64,000 nucleotides of DNA from assembly GCA_964625065.1 (NCBI GenBank), contig CAZUZL010000001.1:40132-104131 (forward strand), written 5' to 3'. The notes beneath the pieces are model-generated. The model was not told the DNA's origin and did no database searches. It saw only the letters and a program-made list of their open reading frames with translations. Of this stretch, positions 39,312-47,989 are shown one piece after another. Both the position numbers and the translations under genes were made by a program. The stretch is from an uncultured Candidatus Saccharibacteria bacterium. Lineage in GTDB: Bacteria > Patescibacteriota > Minisyncoccia > Phycocordibacterales > UBA9973. The number at the start of each line of letters is the position of its first letter. The first letter of the stretch is position 1.

Positions 39312-39490
39312 CCTACTTGTGGAGGAGGTGAGCTTGTGGGTAGGGACCCGTAAGTGCAAGACCTTGAGTATCTGTAGCTAAGATGCGAAAGGTGTACAGC
39401 TTCAGTAAGAAGTGGCACTCCTGTGACGGGGTGGTGATTTACATGATTAGTCACCACCTCCCCCTACGGGTACTCCTCCTCAACAAGGAG
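39312..39490 (+). ncRNA. GC-rich structured element of unknown family, closed by a ~13-bp helix
   Basis: 5' cttgtggaggagg pairs with 3' cctcctcaacaag; internal ggtggtga/tcaccacc hairpin; direct repeat of cccctac; alternative pairing of cctcctc with a downstream ggaggag; sits between tig and clpP. Confidence 0.3.
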
Positions 39491-39537
39491 GAGATTAACA
39501 ACATTGAAAATTTCTTAAATAATGCTACTATATAGCC

Positions 39538-40122
39538 ATGTTAATACCAACCGTAATTGAAAAAACCCCTAATGGCGAACGTGCATACGACATATATTCA
39601 CGCCTTTTAAATGAACGTATAATATTCCTAACTGGTGAAATAAACGACGCAGTAGCAAACACTGTTATTGCCCAGTTGCTGTTTCTAGAACATTCAGATG
39701 CCAAGAAAGACATTTCTTTCTACATCAACAGCCCAGGGGGTTCGGTGCATTCAGGTCTAGCTATACTAGACACAATGAACCACATCAAATGTGACGTATC
39801 TACTGTATGTGTTGGTATAGCTGCATCTATGGGCGCTATGATACTGTCTGCTGGTACAAAAGGCAAGAGATTTGCATTACCTAATTCTGAAATCATGATA
39901 CACCAACCAATAGCAGGTGTAGAAGGCCAGGCTTCAGACATAGCAATAACCGCTAAAAACATATTACGTGCCCGTGAAAACCTATACCAGATACTTTCTA
40001 AAAACACCGGCAAACCAGTTTCGCAAATAGAAAAAGACGGTGACCGCGACTACTGGATGACATCCAAAGAAGCAAAAGCTTACGGTATAATAGACGAAGT
40101 AATGACAAAAAAGTCTAAATAG
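39538..40122 (+). CDS. clpP: ATP-dependent Clp protease proteolytic subunit
   Basis: INSPGGSV...VGIAASMGA...MIHQP, the Ser-His-Asp triad context. Confidence 0.93.
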   Translation: MLIPTVIEKTPNGERAYDIYSRLLNERIIFLTGEINDAVANTVIAQLLFLEHSDAKKDISFYINSPGGSVHSGLAILDTMNHIKCDVSTVCVGIAASMGAMILSAGTKGKRFALPNSEIMIHQPIAGVEGQASDIAITAKNILRARENLYQILSKNTGKPVSQIEKDGDRDYWMTSKEAKAYGIIDEVMTKKSK

Positions 40123-40166
40123 CCACCGCCTGAACGACCAGAAAAGCTTATATTATATAAACTTTA

Positions 40167-40200
40167 TAGAAAACACACCCACTTTTGGGGTGTTTTTTCG
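40167..40200 (+). terminator. Intrinsic terminator
   Basis: aacacacccacttttggggtgttttttcg. Confidence 0.65.
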
Positions 40201-40210
40201 TATCAAAAAA

Positions 40211-40245
40211 GCTTGACAATTTCTGTGTATGTGCTATACTACCAA
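40211..40245 (+). promoter_or_regulatory. Strong sigma70-like promoter
   Basis: TTGACA-atttctgtgtatgtgc-TATACT. Confidence 0.5.
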
Positions 40246-40616
40246 TATAAGTTATTTATACCTCAAATGGGGTGACGTAGAGTATGCAGCTGGAATCTGT
40301 CTGGTTATATATTGCGTACAGCGTTAACAATATTGTGCATTGCACAATATTGCCATAAATAATAAAAGAAAACCGCTCAAAGGCTTAGCTTTTGCCAAAA
40401 TTTAGACAATTTTAGAGCAATCAAAAACATCAGTGTATATATTATCTTTATTGATTTGTGTAATGAGATGTTAAAAATTTGATTAAAAGTTTTCTTAAAC
40501 AAATAGATAAAATTAGTAATTTAGACATTATTTTTTTATCTTTCCAAATGGGGTCTTCACTACGTAGTGGGGGCCCTTTTTCATTTTTTATTTTATAACT
40601 TTATACTTTATAACTT

Positions 40617-42149
40617 ATGTTGTATACTGTTTCCATGCACATAACCCCCTACTTGCTGGCTGGCGCAGGCCTAATAGCCGGTTTTATACTACGCACTCTA
40701 TATATGCAGGGCAAACGCGGTAGTCTAGAACTTGAACTTAAAAAAATGGAACTCGCCGCTAAGGACGAGGCTTTGAAGATTATCGAAGACGCCCGCCACA
40801 ATGCAGAATCTCGTGAACGCGAAATAAAAATGATGGCACGCGAAAAAGAACATGAAGCTAAAACATTAGAAATGCGTGTGCAAAAACGCGAAGACATGTT
40901 AGACATCCGCCAAGAAGAACTAAACCGCGAAGCTGACACTTTAAAAAAACAAGCCGACGATATACGCACAATAAAGGAAAATATTAAAAACATCGAGGCA
41001 CGTGTAATGTTAGAACTAGAACATGTGTCACGCATGTCTATAGACGAAGCCCGCGACCAACTAATGTCTATAACTGCAAAACGTTACGAAGACGACATTG
41101 CCCTACGTTTACAAAAACTTGAACAGTCACACCAAGACCGTTTCGAACTTCGTGCCCGTGAAATACTAACCAGTACAATGCAACGGCTTTCTACATCTAC
41201 TGTGCAGGAACATGTTACGTCTTCTATAACGCTGGAAAACAGCGACATTAAAGGTAAAGTTATAGGCAAAGAAGGCCGTAACATAAAAACATTTGAACGC
41301 ATGGCTGGTGTAGAACTGTTGGTAGACGAGTCCCCTGAAACCATTGTTATTTCAGCCTTTGATCCAGTTCGTAGACAAGTTGCAAAAACAGCACTAGAGG
41401 CACTGATATCTGACGGACGCATACAACCCGCACGTATAGAAGAAGAAATAGCAAAAGCCCAAGAAAACATAAACCAAACAATGACAGAACGTGGCGAAGC
41501 CGCTGTATACGAAACAGGTGTACTACAACTACCACCCGGCGTAGTACAAATACTTGGCCGACTTGCCTACCGCACCAGTTACGGGCAAAACGTATTGCAA
41601 CATTCTGTAGAAACAGCATATATAGCAGCAATGTTAGCAGAGGAACTTGGTGCCGATGTAGCCATAGCCAAGGCCGGTGCATTAGTACACGACATAGGTA
41701 AGGCACTAGATCATGAAGTTGAAGGCACGCATGTAAACATAGGTATGCGCATATTAGAAAAGTTTGGTGTAGACACACGCATTATAGATGCAATGAAAAG
41801 CCACCACAACGAATACCCGCACGAGTCACTCGAATCTGTTATTGTTCAAGTTGCCGACCATATTTCTGGTGGACGCCCTGGTGCCCGCAGGGATAGTGTA
41901 GAACAATACGTTAAACGCCTTGCAGACCTTGAAGCCATAACAACAAAGTTCCCTGGTGTTGAACGCAGTTATGCATTACAAGCAGGCCGTGAAATACGCG
42001 TGTTTGTAACACCAGAAAAAGTTTCTGATGCGGAAGCTAAAAAACTTGCGCGCGACATTGCAGTATCTATCGAACGTGAATTAAAGTACCCAGGAGAGAT
42101 TAAAGTGACTCTTATAAGAGAAAACCGCGTTACCGAATTCGCAAGATAA
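40617..42149 (+). CDS. rny: Ribonuclease Y
   Basis: N-terminal TM helix, coiled coil, KH domain, HD domain (LVHDIGKA). Confidence 0.9.
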   Translation: MLYTVSMHITPYLLAGAGLIAGFILRTLYMQGKRGSLELELKKMELAAKDEALKIIEDARHNAESREREIKMMAREKEHEAKTLEMRVQKREDMLDIRQEELNREADTLKKQADDIRTIKENIKNIEARVMLELEHVSRMSIDEARDQLMSITAKRYEDDIALRLQKLEQSHQDRFELRAREILTSTMQRLSTSTVQEHVTSSITLENSDIKGKVIGKEGRNIKTFERMAGVELLVDESPETIVISAFDPVRRQVAKTALEALISDGRIQPARIEEEIAKAQENINQTMTERGEAAVYETGVLQLPPGVVQILGRLAYRTSYGQNVLQHSVETAYIAAMLAEELGADVAIAKAGALVHDIGKALDHEVEGTHVNIGMRILEKFGVDTRIIDAMKSHHNEYPHESLESVIVQVADHISGGRPGARRDSVEQYVKRLADLEAITTKFPGVERSYALQAGREIRVFVTPEKVSDAEAKKLARDIAVSIERELKYPGEIKVTLIRENRVTEFAR

Positions 42150-42151
42150 AA

Positions 42152-42185
42152 ATAAAACACCTCGCACGAGGTGTTTTATTTTTAT
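42152..42185 (+). terminator. Intrinsic terminator
   Basis: aaaacacctcgcacgaggtgttttattttt. Confidence 0.65.
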
Positions 42186-42374
42186 CGCGCAAACTCAAAA
42201 AAACCTTACTAAATCTACATTTTATTGAAAATAATAAACAACAAATATAAATGTGGGTCAATAGCCTACCTATTGCGTTAAAAAACCCTTATTTTGTATA
42301 ATAGATACAGCTTATACTGTCGTGTGTATAAGTTAACATTACATGGTCGCGCATTACATATAATCAAAAATACT

Positions 42375-42647
42375 ATGAATAAAGCAAATCTAGCAGAACT
42401 GGTTCATACAATGATTGGCGGTACTAAAGTACAATCAGAAGAAGTAATCGAGGCTATACTAGGTGCTATCGTTAAAACCCTAAAAAGTGGAAACGAAGTA
42501 TCTATTGCAGGTCTAGGTATCTTCTCAGTTAAGGCACGTCCAGCTCGTATGGCACGTAACCCTAAAACAGGTGAAGCAGTTAAAGTTGCAGCTACGAACG
42601 TTCCTAAGTTCCGCCCTGCAAAGGCATTGAAAGACGCTGTAAAATAG
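42375..42647 (+). CDS. hup: DNA-binding protein HU
   Basis: MNKANLAELV...GLGIFSVKARPARMARNPKTGE; TTGCGT -18 bp- TATAAT promoter upstream. Confidence 0.9.
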   Translation: MNKANLAELVHTMIGGTKVQSEEVIEAILGAIVKTLKSGNEVSIAGLGIFSVKARPARMARNPKTGEAVKVAATNVPKFRPAKALKDAVK

Positions 42648-42683
42648 CACTTTCATAAATCGACCTGATAGTACGGCATATAT

Positions 42684-42770
42684 AAACCCCTCCTTACGGA
42701 GGGTTTTATATATGGGCAGAAAATAATTTAAAATGACAAAATCTCCTTCGTAGGAGATTTTGTTTTTGAA
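42684..42770. terminator. Two tandem stem-loops (aaacccctccttacggagggttt; aaatctccttcgtaggagatttt), bidirectional
   Basis: GC stems with flanking A/T runs between convergent genes. Confidence 0.6.
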
Positions 42771-42808
42771 TTTAACTGTCTATGTTTAATAAATAAAAAT
42801 CAAACTTT

Positions 42809-43933
42809 CTAGTTCTCGATTAAACCATTTGGTATCATTTGTTTAACCTTGTTCTTATTAAGAAACCTTTGATAGGAATTGTAATTTAGAAGATTCTCGT
42901 ACTGAAGGTGCCCAATAAGTAAGCTTGGGTGCATACCTAATTCTTGACTCTTTTTATTTATAATTTGGGGTGTTATTTCTATAAACTTAAGGCTTTCTAT
43001 TACACCATCTAATCCCAAACTGCTGACAGCGAATTCATTAGCTTCTTCTTCTTTATCATCCTTAGAGGGACTGTGAATATCGTCTATAAAACATGATCCG
43101 GCTGGTAAAAAATCATGTAGAATTAAATGACCGATTTCATGTAGTAAGGTAAAATAGAAATTATCAATTCTTTCATATCTTAAAGACATAATAATAACAG
43201 GACTGGTAGAATCTAACCAACATGCAGCGCCGTCTACACGAGTCTTTGAAAAGTGTGGCAGGAAAACAATTCTAACTCCAATATTTTTTAGTTCTTCAAC
43301 TATATTTTTAATACCACCTGATTCAGAAGAAAAGTTTTTTATTTTTTTTGAAAAATCTATGAGCTTATTTTTATCGTATACACCTACTTTTTGCCTTTTA
43401 GCAATTTTTTTTGCAAGCAAAACCCAAGACCTTAAATAACTAAAAACGATTTCTCCTTCTGAGGCCCTTAAACGTGCGGACACCAGCGTTTTTAAATCTC
43501 CTTCAGATGAGATACCCAGTAATTCAAATATATCTTTTTTCAAATCCTCAACACCTTTTTTCCTTTTTATGTATTGACGCCTAACTAGATCAGCAATTGG
43601 AAAGAAAGAGTACAAATCAGATCTTTCTTTTATCTCTAAGGGCTTATCTTTTGTTTTTTTATTTAGAATAAAAAGATCGTATTCAACTTGTAAAGAAAGC
43701 CACATGCTTGGGGTTGTTCCTAGCGCAGCAGAAATTATACCTGCTGTTTCTGGAGTAATTCCGCGCTTACCTTTTATTATCTCATTAACAGTTCTTGCTG
43801 GTCTACCTATAATATCCGAAAACTCTGCCTGTGTAAGCTGTCTCTCTGTTATTTCATCAAGTAAAATCTCCCCAGGGTGAAATACTCGGGCAGCCTGATC
43901 TTTATTTTTTTTAAAATTTGTATCTATTTTCAT
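42809..43933 (-). CDS. HigA-type HTH antitoxin fused to ImmA/IrrE-family zinc metallopeptidase domain
   Basis: N-terminal HPGEILLDEI...GKRGITPETA...PSMWLSLQVEYDL is a HigA-family XRE HTH; C-terminal FTLLHEIGHLILHD is the ImmA/IrrE HExxH motif. Confidence 0.7.
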   Translation of the reverse strand: MKIDTNFKKNKDQAARVFHPGEILLDEITERQLTQAEFSDIIGRPARTVNEIIKGKRGITPETAGIISAALGTTPSMWLSLQVEYDLFILNKKTKDKPLEIKERSDLYSFFPIADLVRRQYIKRKKGVEDLKKDIFELLGISSEGDLKTLVSARLRASEGEIVFSYLRSWVLLAKKIAKRQKVGVYDKNKLIDFSKKIKNFSSESGGIKNIVEELKNIGVRIVFLPHFSKTRVDGAACWLDSTSPVIIMSLRYERIDNFYFTLLHEIGHLILHDFLPAGSCFIDDIHSPSKDDKEEEANEFAVSSLGLDGVIESLKFIEITPQIINKKSQELGMHPSLLIGHLQYENLLNYNSYQRFLNKNKVKQMIPNGLIEN

Positions 43934-43942
43934 AATTATGTT

Positions 43943-44239
43943 CTATGAGTAGTGATTAGAAATTTCTTTAATCAATATAATCTTGCAGGTTCCGTCGTTC
44001 TCTAAACTAAAGATTAACCGGTACTGCTGATTTAATCTTATTGAATAATTATCTTCTTTACCTGCAAGCTTCTCGAAATGGTTTCCTTTTATGGCCCTTA
44101 AATCATTTTCATTAGATGCCGACTTAATAATTTGCATTTTTTTAAAAAATGAACTAACAACATAATCAGGATAGTTTTCTTTCCCTATTTCTTCATAATA
44201 TAAGTCGGATAATTCCGAATTTGCGAATTGAAATATCAT
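43943..44239 (-). CDS. higB: HigB/RelE-ParE-family toxin (plasmid maintenance system killer type)
   Basis: NYSIRLNQQYRLIFSLENDGTCKIILIKEISNHY signature; start taken at MIFQF (98 aa) because a TTGACC -17 bp- TATTAT promoter lies inside the longer ORF-track N-terminus. Confidence 0.75.
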   Translation of the reverse strand: MIFQFANSELSDLYYEEIGKENYPDYVVSSFFKKMQIIKSASNENDLRAIKGNHFEKLAGKEDNYSIRLNQQYRLIFSLENDGTCKIILIKEISNHYS

Positions 44240-44626
44240 TGTTTCTTTTAAAATCGACCTTTTATGTATCGAATATGCTGTATGGTTATAATAACAGCTT
44301 GGGTAGCATAGGTCAACTAAAGTTTTACACACATTGTAAATATAGGGTTAACTATTGATTTACAATATATGTTAATTTACTATTGACTCTGATTACCTTG
44401 GCATGCTACATTATAGCAAGAGCTTGCTTTTAAGTAAAATCAATTGAAAATCAAGAAAAGCCACCAATTTCTTAGTAGCTTTTCTGGGCGTTTAAATTAA
44501 ATAAGGGGTACATTCCTAAAATACTCCGTGTCGATTATTTTATATTAGTTAAAATATCAGTAAAGTCTTACATCTATACTGTACCATAACTTACGCCCAA
44601 ATATCAATCTAACTCAAAAAATAAAA

Positions 44627-44785
44627 TGAGTGCAGGAGCAAAGACATTTACACTTGGCAGAGATTCTAGAACTGGCGAATTTATCACCGTTAAGGAAGCT
44701 GAGCGACGTCCAAACACCACTACAGTTGAACGAATCCCAAAACCTGGGAACGGCGACACTAGTAATAGTGGTAAAAGAAGGTAAC
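44627..44785 (+). CDS. Unannotated small ORF (52 aa) with its own terminator
   Basis: MSAGAKTFTLGRDSRTGEFITVKEAERRPNTTTVERIPKPGNGDTSNSGKRR followed by the hairpin atcacacac-tgaaagg-atgtgtgat and a T-run; below the length cutoff of the ORF track. Confidence 0.35.
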
Positions 44786-44859
44786 AGAGCTTGGTAATAA
44801 TATAAAAATCACACACTGAAAGGATGTGTGATTTTTATATTTCAATCTTTATTAGTGTC

Positions 44860-45066
44860 TTAAAAGGTCAATAATTTTTTTAGTCCAATTTTGAAAGAAT
44901 TTACAAGTATTAAATACTTTTTACCATCTGAAGTTTCAATAGTTATTCCTGCTTCAATAATAACCACAATGAACGCGACATATATAAAATTAATTGGCTT
45001 TTTAAAAAGATTTACTGGAAAAGTAGTAGATTGCTCTACAGGTTGCATATTTTTATTATAACACAA
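44860..45066 (-). CDS. Small single-TM protein
   Basis: 68 aa, INFIYVAFIVVIIEAGITI helix. Confidence 0.3.
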   Translation of the reverse strand: MCYNKNMQPVEQSTTFPVNLFKKPINFIYVAFIVVIIEAGITIETSDGKKYLILVNSFKIGLKKLLTF

Positions 45067-45127
45067 TATTTAAACTGAAGTATTACCATAAGTAGTAAAA
45101 AGGCTCTTTGGAAGCCTTTTTACTATG

Positions 45128-45198
45128 TGCGGGATAAGAGAATCGAACTCTTGCCAACAGTTTGGAAAACTGTGGTTCTACCACTAAACCAATCCCGC
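45128..45198 (-). tRNA. tRNA-Gly (anticodon UCC), no encoded CCA
   Basis: Hand-folded cloverleaf: acceptor GCGGGAU/AUCCCGC, D-loop AGUGGUA, anticodon loop UUUCCAA, T-loop UUCGAUU. Confidence 0.85.
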
Positions 45199-45315
45199 AA
45201 TATTTTGATTGGTTCGCTTCAAAGCTTAGTTTAAGGCTAATCGAATCGCCCTTATCACTTCGTGCCGCAGATGTCCCCGGGACATCTGGGTTGTGTTTTC
45301 TGCTTCAAAACTTAG

Positions 45316-45386
45316 TCGGGGTGCCGGGAATCGAACCCGGCCCTTATGTTCCCAAAACATAGATACTACCGATATACTACACCCCG
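45316..45386 (-). tRNA. tRNA-Pro (anticodon UGG), no encoded CCA
   Basis: Acceptor CGGGGUG/CACCCCG with the C1:G72 pair typical of bacterial tRNA-Pro; anticodon loop UUUGGGA with G37; T-loop UUCGAUU. Confidence 0.85.
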
Positions 45387-45608
45387 ACTAAGCTTTTAAA
45401 CATCGCACAACCCCCACACATAGATACTACACTTATAGACTACGCTGGGGCACAGCTTTTATGCTACCAATTATTTTCAATAACAGTGCTTATTATTGCA
45501 CAAATAAAGCTTAATTTCAAGTGGTTATGCGCCTTCTAGTATTTTACGTTTTATTGTGCTAGTTTAAGGAAAAGAAACACATATCCACAATTTAATAAAC
45601 ATATCTAT

Positions 45609-46274
45609 ATGACACAGCAATTTACTGAAACACTCCCCCGTTCTGCATGGGAAAATGTAGTAATAAATGAAAACAACGAACCATTGGTTCTGCTTTTAGA
45701 AACCGACAGTCTTAAAACAGGTATTGTTGGCAAAAAATACAAACCACGTTTTTACGTTCGTAAAACTATCGCGGACAAGCTTTATGGTATTGCAAATTCT
45801 TTACCCAAAGGTATATGTTTAGTAGTAATTGAAGGTTACCGCTCAACCCAAGACCAACAAAACACTTGGGACAATGTATTTGCATTATTAAAAAAAGAAA
45901 ACCCAACATGGTCCGAAGAAGCAGTGACCCAAAAAGTTGGCCTTGTCGTTGCTAAACCACTACCCCTAGCTAACCACCACTGTGGCGGTGCTGTAGACGT
46001 AACGCTTATGCGTTCAGACGGAACATTGTTAGACATGGGCACACCCTACCCTAGCGAACCGTTAGGCACAGAGTGGTACGAAAAATTCCCCATGCTTTCT
46101 AAGAAAGTTGATAGTTGGCACAAACGAAACCGTCAATTGCTACGCAACGCAATGCAAGTAAAAGGTTTTGTTTGGTACCCAGGTGAATGGTGGCATTACT
46201 GTTGGGGCGACAGAATGTGGGCCGTATATTCTGGCAGAACAAAATGTATTTATGGTTCTGTAGAACTGCCCTAA
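45609..46274 (+). CDS. ddpX: D-alanyl-D-alanine dipeptidase (VanX/DdpX, peptidase M15D)
   Basis: ANHHCGGAVDV and EWWHY zinc-site motifs. Confidence 0.8.
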   Translation: MTQQFTETLPRSAWENVVINENNEPLVLLLETDSLKTGIVGKKYKPRFYVRKTIADKLYGIANSLPKGICLVVIEGYRSTQDQQNTWDNVFALLKKENPTWSEEAVTQKVGLVVAKPLPLANHHCGGAVDVTLMRSDGTLLDMGTPYPSEPLGTEWYEKFPMLSKKVDSWHKRNRQLLRNAMQVKGFVWYPGEWWHYCWGDRMWAVYSGRTKCIYGSVELP

Positions 46275-46284
46275 GTAATTGCAT

Positions 46285-46325
46285 GAATTAAGGAATCCCC
46301 GGAAATTATTTTCCGGGGCTTTTCT
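46285..46325 (+). terminator. Intrinsic terminator
   Basis: ccccggaaattattttccggggcttttcttttttt. Confidence 0.65.
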
Positions 46326-46373
46326 TTTTTTAAAATATGTGTTATAAAGATGTAAACTAAACCAAAATACGAT

Positions 46374-46958
46374 ATGGAGCAAGAAAAACTTCTCGAACGA
46401 GTGTTCGATAAAAACCCGATTATATTAATGAACGGCTGGTCACTCTTAGAAATAGAAGTCCAGACAGTACTTTTAAAAAAGTCTTACAAGAAGCTGCATA
46501 GAACCAAAGATCTAGCGGTTATAGACATGGAGACAGAGATAATTTCTGAATACCATAAAATGAAGCCCGCTGCGTCAAAGAAATTACTAGCAATGCAAAA
46601 AGCTGGCAAAAAACACTCTTTTGCTATCGAAGTTATGTTGTGGACACAAAAGATTCTTTTCGTATACGACACCGACTGCCCTGTTGTAATAACAGGGTCA
46701 CCTCGGAGTGAGGATGAAGCAAGGGCACTTTTAAGTTTTTCTGAAACATTACATAAACAATTGTACGTTTTCAACATCAAAACTGAAAAGAGCACTGACA
46801 ACCGCGCGGAAATAGAAAAATATGACAATATGGTAAACCCCGCTTTAAGAGTACTTTCAGGAAAGCAAGTTCACATATTAAATGTAGAGATTAATTCAAA
46901 GACAACGCACCAAAGCGTGCATGACAAATTACTTAAACATATAGGCAATGTTAGGTAA
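46374..46958 (+). CDS. Hypothetical protein
   Basis: 194 aa ORF with terminator hairpin aaacccttggaaatttattttcaagggtttttt at 46958-47000. Confidence 0.5.
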   Translation: MEQEKLLERVFDKNPIILMNGWSLLEIEVQTVLLKKSYKKLHRTKDLAVIDMETEIISEYHKMKPAASKKLLAMQKAGKKHSFAIEVMLWTQKILFVYDTDCPVVITGSPRSEDEARALLSFSETLHKQLYVFNIKTEKSTDNRAEIEKYDNMVNPALRVLSGKQVHILNVEINSKTTHQSVHDKLLKHIGNVR

Positions 46959-47001
46959 AAACCAAACCCTTGGAAATTTATTTTCAAGGGTTTTTTGATT
47001 C

Positions 47002-47409
47002 CTATAATATCAAATCTTCGTACATTACTACCCTACCGGTTTTGTTTTCCATATCTAGGTACGCACATGCCAAGTCTATATATACCTTTGTTTTATAAGA
47101 CACTTTTCGTTCTAGCAGGTATGTTTCTATGGTGCGTAGCATTTTCCGTGCCTTCATAGGGTGCATGTTTTGGGCTGGGTCGTAACGCATGTATTTAACT
47201 TGAGCCAAATCCCCCACTTTTATGGACTTAACTTCTATAAAATGTATATTGTCGGGTCCATTTGTTACACGAGTAACAATGTCTATCTCGCCCCACTTTT
47301 TAGTGTAGTTGCGTTCTAGTATTTCATGGCCGTGTTTCATGAGGAACGTACAAACTACGTCCTCTCCTATTTCTCCAGTCTTTTGTTTATCTGAAGTAAA
47401 AACCTTCAT
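47002..47409 (-). CDS. YraN-family (UPF0102) predicted endonuclease
   Basis: GEDVVCTFLMKHGHEILERNYTKKWGEIDIVTR...IHFIEVKS; start at MKVFTSD; the ORF-track extension MALPISNGM is repeat-derived. Confidence 0.7.
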   Translation of the reverse strand: MKVFTSDKQKTGEIGEDVVCTFLMKHGHEILERNYTKKWGEIDIVTRVTNGPDNIHFIEVKSIKVGDLAQVKYMRYDPAQNMHPMKARKMLRTIETYLLERKVSYKTKVYIDLACAYLDMENKTGRVVMYEDLIL

Positions 47410-47597
47410 CCCGTTAGAGATAGGAAGTGCCACTACATAACATAGAAAACATTTACTATTCTCGATTTTAATTATAATCTATTCGACTAATTACATATCT
47501 AGCACTTCCGTAGATTAATTCAGTATATATACATATTAACATATTACGAGTGCATGAAACATATAAGCAATTAAGCATCTATAATCTCTAACGGGAT
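47407..47597. mobile_element. 191-bp TIR-bounded repeat element (copy B); its terminal CAT is the yraN-like start codon
   Basis: The 27 nt catcccgttagagataggaagtgccac are identical to copy A; inner partner agcacttccgta (47501-47513); tacatattaacata core; right arm atctctaacgggat (47584-47597). Confidence 0.6.
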
Positions 47598-47989
47598 TCA
47601 CTACTTAACTTCAAAATGTTTCATGAATAACACAAATGTCCGTTTCAGTACCAAAATGATCGAATTCCACTAAAGTGTGCCACGTGAAACATCTTTATGG
47701 CTATATCTAACTAATATAATATGTATTCTAATGTGTATTTTATAAATACCCTTATTTTTATAGGTATTTTAGATTTTTGGGGTATAGTATGACATTTTTT
47801 TGACATGTCTGTATACTGTCTTTTATAAACAATATACACAGACTTATCCACACTTATACACAGTTTTCTATATAAAATATAGGTTTTAATGAATATAAAA
47901 GACGATTCTTACAAGAATTGTGTCGCGCAATGTCCTTTGAAGCGCGACCCGTCAAAAAAGTCTTTAATAAAAAGGGCAGAAAAAAGAGA

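Noticed and set aside
40649-41778. Minus-strand ORFs 40649-41035, 41084-41470, 41347-41778
   Set aside because: They are antisense to the well-supported rny gene, with Ser/Arg-rich low-complexity translations.
45162-45362. 66-aa ORF spanning the tRNA-Gly/tRNA-Pro spacer
   Set aside because: It overlaps two tRNA genes and a processing hairpin.
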